Origin: Dimorphilus gyrociliatus
Taxonomy: Eukaryota; Animalia; Annelida
Direction of reading: 5' to 3'
NCBI GenBank assembly: GCA_904063045.1
Contig: CAJFCJ010000058.1
Coordinates: 1-64,000 of the forward strand
Length of the DNA: 64,000 nucleotides
Below are positions 25,327 through 38,931 of this stretch, piece after piece (the stretch's first letter is position 1; each line of letters begins with the position of its first letter). The notes beneath the pieces are model-generated. The model was not told where the DNA came from, searched no databases, and worked only from the letters and a program-made list of their open reading frames with translations. The position numbers were made by a program, and so were the translations under genes.

Positions 25327-25840
25327 TTTGTCTTTAGTGAAGCTGATATAATAAAATATCAATATTAATAAATATTTGATAAAATGTTGTAGGCAAGATG
25401 ATAAGTATTGAATATTTACTACCGCCTCCTAGTATTGAAAACCTTTCATCCAACTAAAATAAAACTAAAGATAACACAATAGAAAGATCAGTAAGGAATT
25501 GAGTCAGATATTCAAAAGAGATTCTGTTCAATTTCGATTATCTTTGTATTTGCAAACAGATGTCTAGTTTCTTTTTACAGTTTGTTTGACGCCTATCTCA
25601 AATGAATGTAAAAATATTGACACATTTTTTTAAAATCATTTTAAAAATTTACGCCTTTTTAATTGTTTCGCTGAAAACCATATTTTTGGAGTATGTAAAG
25701 TATAGATTTTTTACAATGTCAATTATACAGGCCAAGTAATTGAAAATTTGAAAGAAATTTCCACCATAAACATCCTTTGAGAAGCAAGTATTGTCAAGGC
25801 AAAGAAAATGGTATTTGTCCTGATTGTTATAGAAATTAAC

Positions 25841-26797
25841 GAATACGACAGAAGTCGCCCAGGGCAGAAGTCGCCCAGGACAGAAGTCGCCCAGACATTG
25901 ATAGAAGTCGCCCAGAGCTGTGACAGAAGTCGCCCAGAAGTGTGATAGAAGTCACCCAGGACTATGACAGAAGTCGCCCAGAAGTGTACTAGAAGTTTAC
26001 AGTATGCTTAATAAAATGCAAAATATATGAAAATAATTTATGAAGTAGTTTGTATTTATTATTTGTAATCTCTGAGTGATAATGAAAGAAATTGTTTTAC
26101 CAGTTTTTTTTGTAGAGTAATGTTTTACCACTTGATTTGTTGTGAAAATTGAATTGTTAGCTATTCGAATTAAGTGATTTTCTGCATTGTAATCCTTCAA
26201 AAGTAACAATTGTTTTGATAAAAATATTAGTCTCTTTAAAATCATGTATATATCTTACAATTTTTTTTTAATTCTCATGATCTTTGACATAACAGGTATT
26301 TGAAAGAAATTTATCAACATGGCAAAATTCTGCTTTGAATGTAGAAACAAATTTAATAAATTAAATGAAATGCATAAGATTTTTAGTTTAAAACTCAATA
26401 CTGTACTTTGTATTGTGATTGTGGGAATTTTCTGCTGTACTGATCCAAATAGAACCTCAAGTTTGTGCACAAGTTTAAGCAAATAAATGATATTTATGTG
26501 AAACCTTCAACAGAATGCCAGTATTTTATTATTTAATTCATTCACTATTTAGTTATTATTAAATGATGCATTCTATATTTATTAATACTTATTATATATT
26601 TCAATTGTCAGAAATCAATAGAAACAAAGAACAAACACATTATGTCTTCTACAGTTCTAGGCGACTTCTGTCATAGTCCTGGGCGACTTCTATCACAGTT
26701 CTGGGCGACTTCTGTCACAGCTCTGGGCGACTTCTATCAATTTCTGGGCGACTTCTGTCCTGGGCGACTTCTGCCCTGGGCGACTTCTGTTGTTCCC
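25841..26797. mobile_element. Non-autonomous MULE/foldback element with about 140-bp tandem-repeat TIRs
   Basis: Left arm has AGAAGTCGCCCAG units, right arm is the inverse; 9-bp flanks GAAATTAAC (25832-25840) / GAAATGAAC (26798-26806), 8/9 match; AT-rich non-coding or decayed interior. Confidence 0.9.
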
Positions 26798-26999
26798 GAA
26801 ATGAACACATATTTTGGGTTTTTGTTAGTAATTTCTTTTTTAAATTAAACAAAATACACACTTAAGTTCCTTTCATCTGCACATCGGATTATACCAGTTT
26901 TCATCACAAATGAAAGTGTTGAAGGACTGTTACTGCAAAAAAATGAAAATAGAATTTAGATAATGAGAAAAAACTCATTTCTTATGGATGTATTAACTA

Positions 27000-27330
27000 T
27001 TTAAGATAAAATTTACTAATTGGAACAACATGACAGTTATTTATATTTTCACTTCCGTTGCAAACAATCTCTTCTCCTTTTATTAAACGTACATTATTAT
27101 CCTTGAATAATTGAAATTCGGCTCTCAGCGAATAATCCAAATGACCACCCAAATGCCAAAATATTTACAAAGTAAAACTGGAATGCCATGTTCCATGCCA
27201 GCTAGAGCTATATTTCTCAATCCCTTCTCCATGAATACTTGAGGATATCCTGAAATTTCCATTTTTGACAAACTATCCTTTCTATCATAGTAATTTTCGG
27301 TTTCTGTGAATAGTCTAAACTGGTTATCTA
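27000..27330 (-). pseudogene. SRCR-like domain fragment (frameshifted)
   Basis: Minus-strand translation gives VLLCKYFG then, in a shifted frame, EIVCNGSENINNC, resembling SRCR VCxxLG / C.G.E.SL..C. Confidence 0.35.
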
Positions 27331-27539
27331 GTTTCTCTTTAAAATTTAACTTTTTTTTGCAACCTATATATAAAAACCGGAAGTCTTTTTTTATCAGTTT
27401 ACATCCTAGTATGCTAGTACCCGACCCCTTGCATGAGGTTAAAGTAAAACCCTAGATAAAAAATATGCAATGTATAGTTGGTTAGTCTTTCAAATAGAAC
27501 ACTTATATTCATACATAAAATAGTTGATTGCAGATTATC

Positions 27540-27780
27540 GGTTATTGATTTACTATCCCAAAGCAAGAAAATAAAAAAAATTTCTATAATTGATATTGAT
27601 CATTTTGCCAGATATTTCCACATGAAACGTGGAAAAATACGTCTAAAAACTGTAGAATAATAAGAACTATTTGAAATAATTTGTGTTATAAATAGATTCG
27701 GAGTGTTTGTTTCTATCAACTGTATAAAAAACTTAAAAATCCCCTATTATCGTTCAAATCCATCCAACTCTTACAAGTCT
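27540..27780 (+). repeat. Duplicated segment, partner at 32128-32593
   Basis: Shared ttattgatttactatcc...tagattc(g/a)gagtg...aaatccatccaactcttaca. Confidence 0.8.
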
Positions 27781-28030
27781 TACTTTTGAAAAATGTAATA
27801 AAGACTCTGTCTAATTAATCAAGTAAATGGCAGAGGGAAAATTTAATTGATTCAACAAATGGATTGCACTTTGTAAAACATCTTATTTATCCTCCTAATG
27901 AAACATTATACAGAATATATTTATTATTTTTAAATTATTAATCAACAATAAAATCAAAATATGATATAAAAAAGAGGATAATTTAATTAGTTTTCAATAT
28001 TTTTGGTGTGAAGATAATAATTTTTTAAAT

Positions 28031-28826
28031 ATGAATAAAGTTTTAATTATTCTACTTATACTGAAACAAATTCAAGTTTTTGAGGCAAAAGGTTTTTTTA
28101 GCTAAAGAAATATTTTTTTTTCAATATCAGTTTTTTATTAGCCTGTTTTTTCAGGTTGTGAATATGAATTATTGGCTAATAAATCTTTAATCACGTCTGA
28201 ATTTACTAAATATTTCATTGTATATATGAAATTTGATTTGCAAGAATGTATTAGAGCTTGTAATCACGTGACAAATTGCAAGTAAATAAACAGTTTTGTT
28301 TTAAAATAAAATTATTAAAATTACCCTTCTCCGAATTAAAAAGGTCAATTCTAATTTCAAAATTTAATGATCATTGCCAATTATTGAATTCAGTACTACA
28401 AAACAAATCAACTGAACTTAATAATTTTAAAGATATTTATACAAGGAATAACAATTGCGGTATGACCTACTTTCAAAAAACATAAGATATTTATAATAAA
28501 TACTTTGTTTCTTTTCAGAATGTTTTTATAAAAAAATAGCATCAAAAAGATTGATTGGTCATGATATCAATCAAAAAACTAATTCAACAGTTGAAGATTG
28601 TTTGAACTCTTGTGATGAAAACAATTATTGCAAGTACTACACCTTACATGTTTATAAGATTATTGCTTTCATCTTATAATAATATTCTTATTTAGAGCAG
28701 TAGAATACAATAATTTTTTTAAAATTTGCAAATTGAAGAGTGAATCGAGATTTTCCAAACCGGACAATTTTCAAACATTGCTACAGTCTGACTATTATGA
28801 TAAGAAAGATAATTGCTGTAAGTAAG
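28031..28826 (+). CDS. Small secreted protein with two PAN/apple domains, 5 exons (28031-28091, 28155-28281, 28344-28459, 28519-28633, 28696-about 28817/28826)
   Basis: Signal MNKVLIILLILKQIQVFEA; all four introns GT-AG and phase-compatible; LQECIRACNHVTNCKS and VEDCLNSCDENNYCKAVEY..CKLK; 3' end ambiguous (stop after NCCK, or donor at 28818). Confidence 0.75.
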
Positions 28827-29574
28827 AATTTTCTCTTTCTTTCCCTCTTGCTTTACATATCATTAATATCATTTTAAAGATTCTTAGCAACATAAATAAT
28901 TTAGCCTATATTTTAAATGAATATTGATAGTTAAAGTAAGAAAAATTGATTGTATAAATAAAAAAGTAGAAACAGAAAGGAATATCTAAGAATTTTGTTT
29001 AATTAGCTCTTTCACAGAATGGATCTTGAGATTGAGAATTTTGATTTTTTAATTCCAGTAATAGACTGTTCCTAGACCAATAAAGAGAAAAATATATAAT
29101 CTCTTATTATCAATACTAATTGTTAGTTGTTTGGCAAGCAGGAATATTTTTAATGAAATCAGTCTACCCAATAATGGTTATAACAACAAAAGTTTTTGAT
29201 GACACAAATATCAAGTAAAACTTAAAACCTGGCTTAGAATAAACTGTTGTCAATGGTGAAGTGAATGAGGGTGATAATGTTGGAACTGTTACAAAAATTC
29301 AATATCCCAATTCACCTGATAATTTGATATACAAATTATAATTCTTTTGTGTAGAGGTTAGACAGCACCAGAGTTGAATAGCAAAGTTTTTCATAATACT
29401 GATCACTCTCATTTTTTAAGATATCTTTCAGATGAGCCAAATAGTCCTAATGCATAGTCACAAAGTCTCGCAACCATGAATAGTGCAAATGAATGTCCCC
29501 AAGGTAGACTAAAACTTCTTATCTTTGTATAATTAATTGTGTTTTAATCATACATTTTAAAAAATATTAAATTC

Positions 29575-29945
29575 AAATGGAGTTGGTGACCCACAGTTTG
29601 GGCAAAGAGTTTTCAATACAAGATCAAAAGAACTTGTAGATATTTGCTATTATATTACTGGAAAGAGTGGCCATCTAATTTCCATTCTACACGGCAACTC
29701 CACTATGACTACTGTCAAAGAAGTTCTTAAAGATGATCACTATATGCATCAAATTATTATTAAAAACAAAGATTACTCAATTCTGATTGATCGATCATCC
29801 ATTTTGATCAACAATAAAAAATTTAATTGGATTGATTTGGCAGAATATAAATTTGAATATTGGCAGATTAAAACGTCAATAAAGACAATTGTTGTTGACA
29901 GTTTCTATCAACAATACAAGTTAACCAGAACCATAACCATAATTG
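29575..29945 (+). pseudogene. Inter-alpha-trypsin inhibitor heavy chain C-terminal-like fragment
   Basis: VGDPQF....ICYYITGKSGHLISIL resembles ITI_HC_C DGDPHF...LCF.I.G.PG..L.L. Confidence 0.5.
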
Positions 29946-30180
29946 TGTTTATTAGAAGCTGTTACAATTCTTTTTTCAAGGTCATGTCTATTGTTGTAAA
30001 ATATAATTCAAGGTTTGCTCAAAAAACAAGACTTCTTTTTGGAACTCTCTAAAAAATAGACATTTTAAGATTGTAAGAAAGAATTGAATTATACAAAAAA
30101 AGATGCCACCAAAACATTTAAAGAAAGAAAAAAGCGATAGATAAATATCAGGAACTACTCACTCAAACTTTAAACTTTTA

Positions 30181-30310
30181 AATTATTGGTAATAGTAATT
30201 GTTAATATGTAGAAACTAATATCCTTTACAAAAAATTATCAAATAATTGTTTTTCTTTTATAAAATTCAGTTTTTGTAAGTATACCTCGAAAAAAGGGTT
30301 TAGTTAAAAG
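30181..30310. repeat. Dispersed repeat matching 12965-13100 (Tc1 subterminal sequence)
   Basis: taatatgtagaaactaatatcctttacaaaaaa...tatacctcgaaaaaaggg is shared. Confidence 0.75.
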
Positions 30311-32127
30311 GGATTAAGTGAAAAGAATAAACATTAGAAATGATTAACTCATGGGTAGAATAAAGATTATACTCGAAAACTTTGGTTTTGGTTCAATTAA
30401 TTGAAAAAAAACTATTGAATACACAGCTCATCTATTATTCATTCCTTTTATTACTGAAATAACGTTAAGCAAATATATAAGTTTTGCTTTTAGCATATAG
30501 ATTTGTTTCATTGACCACCATTTTATTGTTGAAACTCTTCGACAGACAAGTTTTTTCCTTTCTTTTGGTGTATCAAAATGAAATGTTATTCTCTCTATAT
30601 ACTCTCAATGACTTATACTCAAATATTTTACTTTTGACAAACAATTATTATTAATAATTTGTGGTATTTAAAAACAGCATTATGATGACCTCTGTCTATT
30701 TTTGTGTGTTGGAACCAATCCAACATTTACCAAAAATTGTTACATCTTATGCAATTTTCTGACCTACTGACAACAGTTTTCCTTAACAAAGCAAAGTCAA
30801 CAAATATGGAACCATATTTGAACTTTCCTTTTATCCATAATCATACATTTGTTTTGTGTAGATATTTTTATCTGTGAACTGTCAACTTTTGGAAAAGTAT
30901 ATAAAGCCTATGAATTGATCAGTAGGCAGTTCAGTTTTCTAACAGCTAACTTTGTGTTAAAACTTGCTTGTTTAGAACTAGAAACTCATTTACTCAATAA
31001 ATACTCTTTTAACGAAATACTGGTGTTTTGTTGGTAAATTTCTTGTAAAGTTTCATTTGTTGAGACAACTTGTGGATAAACTTGAAAGGTTCTATTTGGA
31101 CCAGTACTTTGATACATTGGTAAATGATTGGTGAGGACGAATTCGAATTTGATAAGCTCGAGATTCCTACAATTACAATAGAACAAAGTACATTGTTCAA
31201 AACAGCTGTTGATAGTCAATCAATCTCTTGACAAGGTGACACGGATTTGAATTCCTCTAAAGGTCATCTACATCACAGTTCGGTGCTGAGCAATGTCAAG
31301 CACTCAGATATGGGAGAAAGAAATAAAATAAAATGGAATATTTCAGTAGTAAATAAAGTCATTGAGTTTAAATAAATTTGATGATGTATCGGATTGACAA
31401 GTCTTAAAATAGATGACACATAACAAGCTCGTCCTTGAGTCAACACTTCTATACATGCTAAAGTCTGTTATTCATGAAAATTGAAAGAAAAACATGTTAG
31501 GTTCACTCTGACTTAATGATATTAACATATTTATATATTTGAATACACTAACTGCTATTCAAGTTTCGTTGACGAAAATCAATAACCTTTTACATTCCAA
31601 TTCCCTTAACTTTATATGCTTTGTCTTTATATTTCAATTATTCATTTATATTGAAAATATTTTTTAGTATAAAAGACTTTTGATGGAAAATATATCTATA
31701 ATCTCCATTGAGGATGACATTAAGAGCAACTGTTGCAGTATTTTGTTTATTAATATCACCATTTGAAATAGATACCAATCAAATCTATGTTGATAAATCA
31801 TGTAAAGAGAAACTAAAATTTGTTTTTAAAAAGAATTTCTATCAAACTTTTTTCAACTTTTTTTTTAGTATTTTCGTTGTTCTCAATAAAAACATTAATA
31901 ATCGTCACGTGATTGCAATAGAAAACTAATGCATGGACTGTTTACTCTGTTTATTCACTGCTGAGAATCTAGCTTGCAAAACTCTTATTTTGTTATTTGC
32001 ATCAAAACCTAATCTGAAAACAAAACATTTCAGAATTACCCCTGATATATGAAAGCCTAACGTCATCCCATTTAACTTACTAAATTTCTCTATAACATTG
32101 ATGTGCTAGGTGATTTCAGATTTTCTT

Positions 32128-32593
32128 TTATTGATTTACTATCCAAGTGCAAAATATTTAAAAGAATTTCTACGTTTCATACTGATAATTTTGCGAGATT
32201 TTTCCAAATGAAAAATGGAAAAATATATCTAAAAACTGCTAATTAATAAGAGATATTTGAATTATTTTAAATAATTTGTTTAATTAATAGATTCAGAGTG
32301 TTGTTTCTATCAAATGTATAGGCCTATTCCCCCCCAAAAAAAATTCACTAAAGTGTATACTCTCTCTGACTGCTGGCTTCTCTATACTGTATACTTAAGA
32401 ATTTTGCAGTTGAAAAATTATAATTAGATTTATGAATATTTTACTATATTTTCAAAAGCAAAGATGTTTTCTAGTCAACAACAGAAAAGAATATTTGCCT
32501 ACTTGTTGATGATTTTTTTTATCCATAGTATTTTCTGATCAAAAACTTAACAATTTACCAATTATCGCTCAAATCCATCCAACTCTTACAGTC
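32128..32593 (+). repeat. Second copy of 27540-27780 with an about 220-bp insertion
   Basis: Colinear match split by 32320-32540, which contains ctatactgtata (inverse of the Tc1 terminus at 12893). Confidence 0.75.
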
Positions 32594-33289
32594 TTTGGGA
32601 GAATTGATTAAGCTTTTTAAACTCTGGGCGTCTTTTGCAACCTGGTAGATTTAAAACAAAAGATGTGCCTTAAATTCAACCTAATTGGCGACTTTATAAG
32701 GTTAGAATGGTTCCGTTTTGTCAAGGATTTGATGTACTAAGTTTCTGTCATTTAGGGAAGAATCGCTGTAAATGTATTCTAGACTACGAGCAAGGTTTAT
32801 AAAATTCTCTGGGTTGATTCTATTTTTGTCATTTTACGATACTCAAAATAGAACGTTTCATCTGCCATCCATTGCTTTAGTATTTGGCATATTTCGCTGT
32901 TGTCGATTTTAGCTTCGGATAATGTGATGAAGAGATTCTTGTGAAAGTCACATTGGCACCATTAAACTTTTTAGACAGGGATTATCTTTTGTATCTTACA
33001 TTATCGATTTTTTAATTCAGATATTGGTAATATTATCTCGTTATCTCATCCATCATCTCTGTCATTGTATCATGGTATTCTGTCTGCTCATCTTTCCTGA
33101 TGAGTTCAAAAATTTTGAATGTTCGAAATTTCGCCATCTTGTTCTTCGACCATTGGAAAATGTTCCATTTCTGAAATTTGGTCAAAAAACGACGGATTGC
33201 ATTTCTTGTCAGAAGAGTTTGTTTGGGATGAACTCATCATTTCAATGAGACACACCACCTTATCATTCAATTCTTTGAACTTTTTCAAC

Positions 33290-33770
33290 TAATTTCCATT
33301 CTATATGGCAAATCCACTATGACTACTGCCAATAAAGTTCTTAAAGATGATTACTATTTGCATCAAATTGTTATTAAAAACAAAGATTACTTAATTCTGA
33401 TTGATCGATCATCCATTTTGATCAACAATAAAAAATTTAATTGGATTGATATATAAATTTGAAAATTGGCAGATTAAAACGTCAATAAAGACAATTGTTG
33501 TTGACAGTTTCTATCAACAATACAAGTTAACCATAATTGTACAGAGAGAACTCAATGAATACATCTTAATGTCAAGTTCAAAAGTCTTGGTATTTCGTAC
33601 AAAAGATTTAGTGGATTAATAGGTGATATTGGAAAAAAGATATATTTAATAAATCAAGGTATTCAAAGGGATAGTACAACTGTTCAAGTTAATAACAAAC
33701 ATCTTAAAGGTAAATTGACCAAGACATTAACATATTACCAATCGATCAACTTATATTTCCAAAACTAAAG
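33290..33770 (+). pseudogene. Second copy of the ITI-HC C-terminal-like fragment
   Basis: Near-identical to 29680-29930 over about 250 bp; continues to RFSGLIGDIG (cf. HGLLGQF); frameshifted. Confidence 0.55.
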
Positions 33771-34417
33771 TCTTATATGTTTATTAACAACTATTTTATT
33801 GACTTACAATTAATAAAAAAGTACTCAATAAACCTTATAGATGACTTTTTATATTTAGATATGATATTGTGTATTTCTTATTCTCCTTCAACCAATGTTA
33901 AGGATACTCTACCATTATTTCTCAATAGTAATGTAATTCTCTTCATTGAGAGACCAAAAATGTGTGACTATGAACATGAATAATCAACTATTTTTCCTAG
34001 CCCTAGTATAGTCTGAAAATAGCCAAGCTTTGAGGTCAAGGATTGCATGATAAATTAAATACGCACCTATAAACTGCTGGTAACATTGACAGATTTAAAC
34101 ATGTACTAAAATATTAAGCTTTCAATTGTCCTCGACAAGTAGTCAATACTATTTCGACATCTTTTCAATATATGCAAATCCAAGCTTAAGAGTACAGCTT
34201 AATTTTTTTTTTAAATTAGGTCATCGTTTTCAATAGTAATAGAAGTTTAAAGGATAAAAATTTAAATGCCATTGGAAAATATATTACTAGACCTATATTT
34301 AAATAAATAATTCCATCTGGAAAAGTATAAATAAAGCACATAGAATATGAATGGGAATATTATCATTTTGAATTTTCAATCTCTAAAGTCAAGACTGTAA
34401 ATTGTTTAAAATTAATC

Positions 34418-34891
34418 ATGTCTACTTTGCAGCCAATTTCGAGATTGCTCTTGTTTGTATTCCTTCTGATTTTTACCTGCAGTGATGTTTGTCAACCAAG
34501 GCCAATAACATCAAAAATTGAAATAATTCTATTATCAGATTCATCTACATTGGGTGTAATGGAAACTTTAAGAATATACGAACATTTACTCTCTCTGCTG
34601 ATATCCGATTTTACACTTGCAGATAAGACTGAACAAGTATCTTTAATAAGATATAGCACAAAACCATTTTTAATATACAAGATCATAATTTTGAAAAGAT
34701 TTCAACAATTGAGGAAAAAATCTGATAAATCTGAAAAATTGAAATTTTCCTTTCAAAATAATAAAATTTTGAAGAATTTAAATAAAGAATTCCAGGTACA
34801 AAGCAACGGGAAAAAGTCATTATATCAAGTTTTTACTAAACAAACAAAAGTAAGAAAAAACCATTCTTTCTTTTTTCAAATCTATTTATAG
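34418..34891 (+). CDS. Secreted protein with degenerate N-terminal von Willebrand A domain (partial or possibly pseudogene)
   Basis: Signal peptide, then IEIILLSDSS (MIDAS-like DxSxS, degenerate) and EQVSLIRYSTKP (cf. RVGLIQYS..P). Confidence 0.55.
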   Translation: MSTLQPISRLLLFVFLLIFTCSDVCQPRPITSKIEIILLSDSSTLGVMETLRIYEHLLSLLISDFTLADKTEQVSLIRYSTKPFLIYKIIILKRFQQLRKKSDKSEKLKFSFQNNKILKNLNKEFQVQSNGKKSLYQVFTKQTKVRKNHSFFFQIYL

Positions 34892-35872
34892 ATTTTTTAT
34901 CTTTTTGAATTTTTACAGAGCAACACTTTAAATTATCTCATCAAAATAATATTGAACAGTGATGATAATAGTACTCTAACAACTACAGAATTTAATGAAC
35001 GTTACGTTAATCAATTTTTATACTTAAAGAAGTTTATCACAGACATAGACGAATATTCTTTGGTTAAGTGACAATGTCAAGGTCATTTAATGCTATTTTA
35101 TAGAATGTTTATGTATTTTGATGGAAAATAAAACATTATTATGTGTTTGTTAAAAACTGCCATAGTTCTCAATTATTTTTCTATTATTGCCTAGGGGAAA
35201 AAGTTATAAACAAGTAGGATCCATTGTACACTCCCAATATGAAGTCTCTGCCAGGGTTGTTCTTAGATTGGAAAAAGTGAATTATTTAACTAACAGGACT
35301 AGCTTAATTAAATCTTTTTGTTTAGAATGAACGATAAGACATCTATACAACCAAATTTATAGATAAAACTTGTTAAAACATTTTTCTAACATTACCAAAT
35401 AGCTTATTGATTCTTTATCAAATAGCTTGTTGTGCTGTTTTATTAGAGATATTTTTACAATTGCTAAGAGAAAATTGAATAAAACTACAGGGTTACACAA
35501 AGAGAGGTTAATCTACGGATAAGTTTTAATTTTCAAAATGGGACGTTCTTTCCATAACCCAAAAAAGTATTTTAAAGTAAAAACTATGTCAAGTTATAAA
35601 GTGTGACAAACTATATTACAGATTTAAAAAATATTCCAATGTGACCTTGGCCTTGGAGATTCTTCATAAAATTAGCACAATTTTCCATTAATCAAGCATT
35701 GAAATATTGATGTATTATTATATATGTAGAAAAATTGTCAGAATAAAAATACAACAAAGTACAGAATTCATAAAAGCAGTTGAAATATAGGTGATCTACA
35801 TCTACAAGTACGTTAATGTCAAGAGAGATAACAAGGATCTTTCGGTACAAATTTTTTTTCTTTTCACATAAT

Positions 35873-38078
35873 TTAAATAAAGAACAATTTGCAAAAGTAA
35901 ACATCTCTGCTTTCTAGATAAATATCTAAAAGTATGTGAATTTTAACAACGTCAGTTACGTGGTTATTTAGATTTTTACACTGAAAATAGAAATATAGAA
36001 ATGAATTTTGTGGATTAAAATTTTCAAGATCGCATAAATTTATCATTTCATCTTCATATTCTTTTGTGCTATAACTGATAAAAATATTGACATTTTTACC
36101 AGTAAACTCTCCATCTTCCTTTAAAATTAATACCAGTTTTGAATTATTCGTGAATAACTCCGTTCCATTGAATATTTTATAGTCAAATGATGTTGCTGGA
36201 GATTTTATTCTTTTGCAGTTATCCACCATATTACCAGGATTTTCATAGTAACCATCATATTGAAAATTAATATTTTGATCTAAAAAAGGATGAAATTGTA
36301 TATGAAAACAAAATGTAAAAGGATGCTTTAAAAGTACCTATATCAATCATTTGAACTTGATTAATTATATCAGCAACTCCATTCTTGAATAGAATTTCAT
36401 GAATATTCATTGATACTTTTGCCTTTACACTAACCAGTTTATTCAAATCATATATTTTACCTAAACCAAATGTTATTTCACATGGTGCTATTTTCAACCA
36501 AAAATCAGTCCACAGTTCGCAACTTATTAATGAAGTTGAATTACTAAATTCAACTATTCTGAATTCTGGTTCAAAAATTTCAATAGATGATTTTTCCACA
36601 TTATTTGAAATTGTATCCAATTTTACTGAAAATTGCTTTGTTTTGTCATTCTTCATACTTATAATTAATGATGAACAGTCTGAAGAGTTTCCAGAATTTT
36701 GACCTTGAACTCTTAACTTGAATATATTAAATATTGGTTGAAAGTGTATAGGCAGATGATAGACAACATCATGAACAAATTGAATATCATAAATATTATA
36801 AATTCCTAGGAGAAAGAAAGAAAGGAAAAGAAAATAAATTTGAAAATTTTTATTATAAAGGAATAATTTACGTTTTGCAAAAACTTTAAAAAAAGTAAAT
36901 CCAATGGAATTGGATCCATAAAATTCTTTAAGAATTACTTTAACTGAATATTCAATTGTTGGTTCATGCTCGTAATTGAAGCAGTTGCTTAGGTATCCTG
37001 ATGGTAGATTTTCGAGAGTATCGACAAAACCAGAAGTTGTCCATTCAATTCTTAATTTCTTAACATAATTATTCATTTCCAGTCTGCCGCATAAAACAAA
37101 AATATTGACAAATTAGAAAATATTAGGGTACATTTTGTTTCTAAAACCTGTTAATGTAGCAATAATGCAGAGGTCGAGCAGGTTCTGAAAAAGTAATAAT
37201 TATATATTCATTCAAGCAGGTAGTGTGACCACCACAATTTGCTGTCCAACCAAATTGGAAATTTGTATCAAGTGCCGAACTACATTCATGGTTGATACGA
37301 TTACTTGACTGTTGACAAGTTGCTCCCAATTCCAGAGAAGCTATATTAACTAAATTTTCGTCGTTATCATCATCATCAGTCGAATCTAATGTTGAAGAAA
37401 AAAGGAAAAAAATCACCAATAACAAAATCATGGCAAACAATTAACTGATGACTTTACCTTTGTCAAATGCATAGGCAATAATAGAATTGTAACCAGAATT
37501 TAAAAGTGATAAAGCAAACAATGTAGGCTTAAATTTTAAACTGGTGCAATTAATTCCACTGCCTACTTCAAGCAGAAGATAATTTTCATAATTTTTTATT
37601 TTATAAACTGGTGTTTTTTCACCAATTGTAATTTCAACGGATGAAATGTAATATTTAGCAGGAATATTCCTCTGAGTAATACCAATTTCAATAATATTGT
37701 ATGGTTTGGAGAATTTAACAAGAATCCAACTATCATAACAAGGTGCTCCAGTACATCGAGGGGACCAGTCTAATATATTAACTGACTTTGGTTGCAAAGC
37801 ATTTTGGCAATGAAAAGTAAATGACGCTGTTGGAAATGTACTGCTCACTTCACAAGTTGCTCCATTTACCGTTGAAGCTACATTTTTCAATTTGGTGCCT
37901 AGGTACAAAAACATTCTTTTAAAGGCCTATATCTTGAAATACACTCCTTCTTACGACAAGAAAGAGAGAAACAAAGAGGTAGAGAATGATACCAACTAGT
38001 TTTTATTGTAGACATTCGTCCAAAGTCTGCAGTTTCTAGTAGGATAAGAATAAAAGTTGAAAATGTATAGTGGAACAT
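35873..38078 (-). CDS. Multi-exon secreted mosaic protein: 2 discoidin/F5-8C-like domains + FAMeT (Methyltransf_FA)-like domain + Cys-rich C-terminal module
   Basis: Signal MFHYTFSTFILILLETADFG; NVAS..GATC..SS...C..A...W....WI.VKF twice, joined by a phase-1 intron near 37460-37390; ISCELWTDFWLKIAPCEITFGLG; apparent 1-nt frameshift near 36240. Confidence 0.6.
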
Positions 38079-38931
38079 TGTCTTGTATCTTTCCATTCTC
38101 TGTTTATTGATCTTAAATGTATGTTCCTTAAAAGAAAAATATTAACAAAATGTTTTATTAATTCGTTTATGTTTATTTAATAGCAATTTTCAAAATTCAT
38201 CAATAGAGTTTTGAGTATTATACGATCATGTGACTGAAGGAAAGTCTTATTAACCTTTGTTGCTATTTTCAATGTAACTTATGTATTTTGTAATAAAAAA
38301 TAAATTTTCCATTCGGCCTTGTATTGTCCACTAAATTTTAGTATTTTAGTATGTTTTTCAAAGATTCAAAAAATTTTAAACTAAATCAGTTAAATATTTT
38401 TCTTTGTTAGAAAATCTATAATTTTCATCACTTTTATCAAAGCAATTAATTTCACTATCACCAAATTTATTCAATTGTATACACTGTCCATTTGAGCAAG
38501 GCCTAAAATTATAAATTCAAAAAGTTCTTTTATATTTCTTTTTGTTGCTAAAAAAAATGATATTTTCTAACTAATCACCTAGAATCTTTTAAGCAGTTCT
38601 TTGTCTCTGAAGGAACAGAAAAATTCTTGTGTTTTTGTTAACCAATTAAAAAATTAAATAAAAACTCACTACAAAATATTTCATCAGATCCATCAAGGCA
38701 ATCATTAAAAAGATTCATATAATGTTTTTCCTTTACATTCCTAAAAGAATGATTTGAATTTACTCTTGTTATTTTAATCAAATTAAATATAATTGTTATA
38801 TTTTTACATAGCGAGGATGATTTAATTTTTGTGATAGATATAAGAGAGGAAAGTTACTGGCTGTGGCAGCAATAGGTTTATTTTTTCTCATGAATTTATG
38901 ATATACTCCTAATGAAATTTATAATTATTAT

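Noticed and set aside
30640-31350. Coding-like stretch with short minus-strand ORFs (also 32620-33290, 55650-56400)
   Set aside because: Multiple stops in all frames and no recognisable motif; probably decayed genes but not assignable
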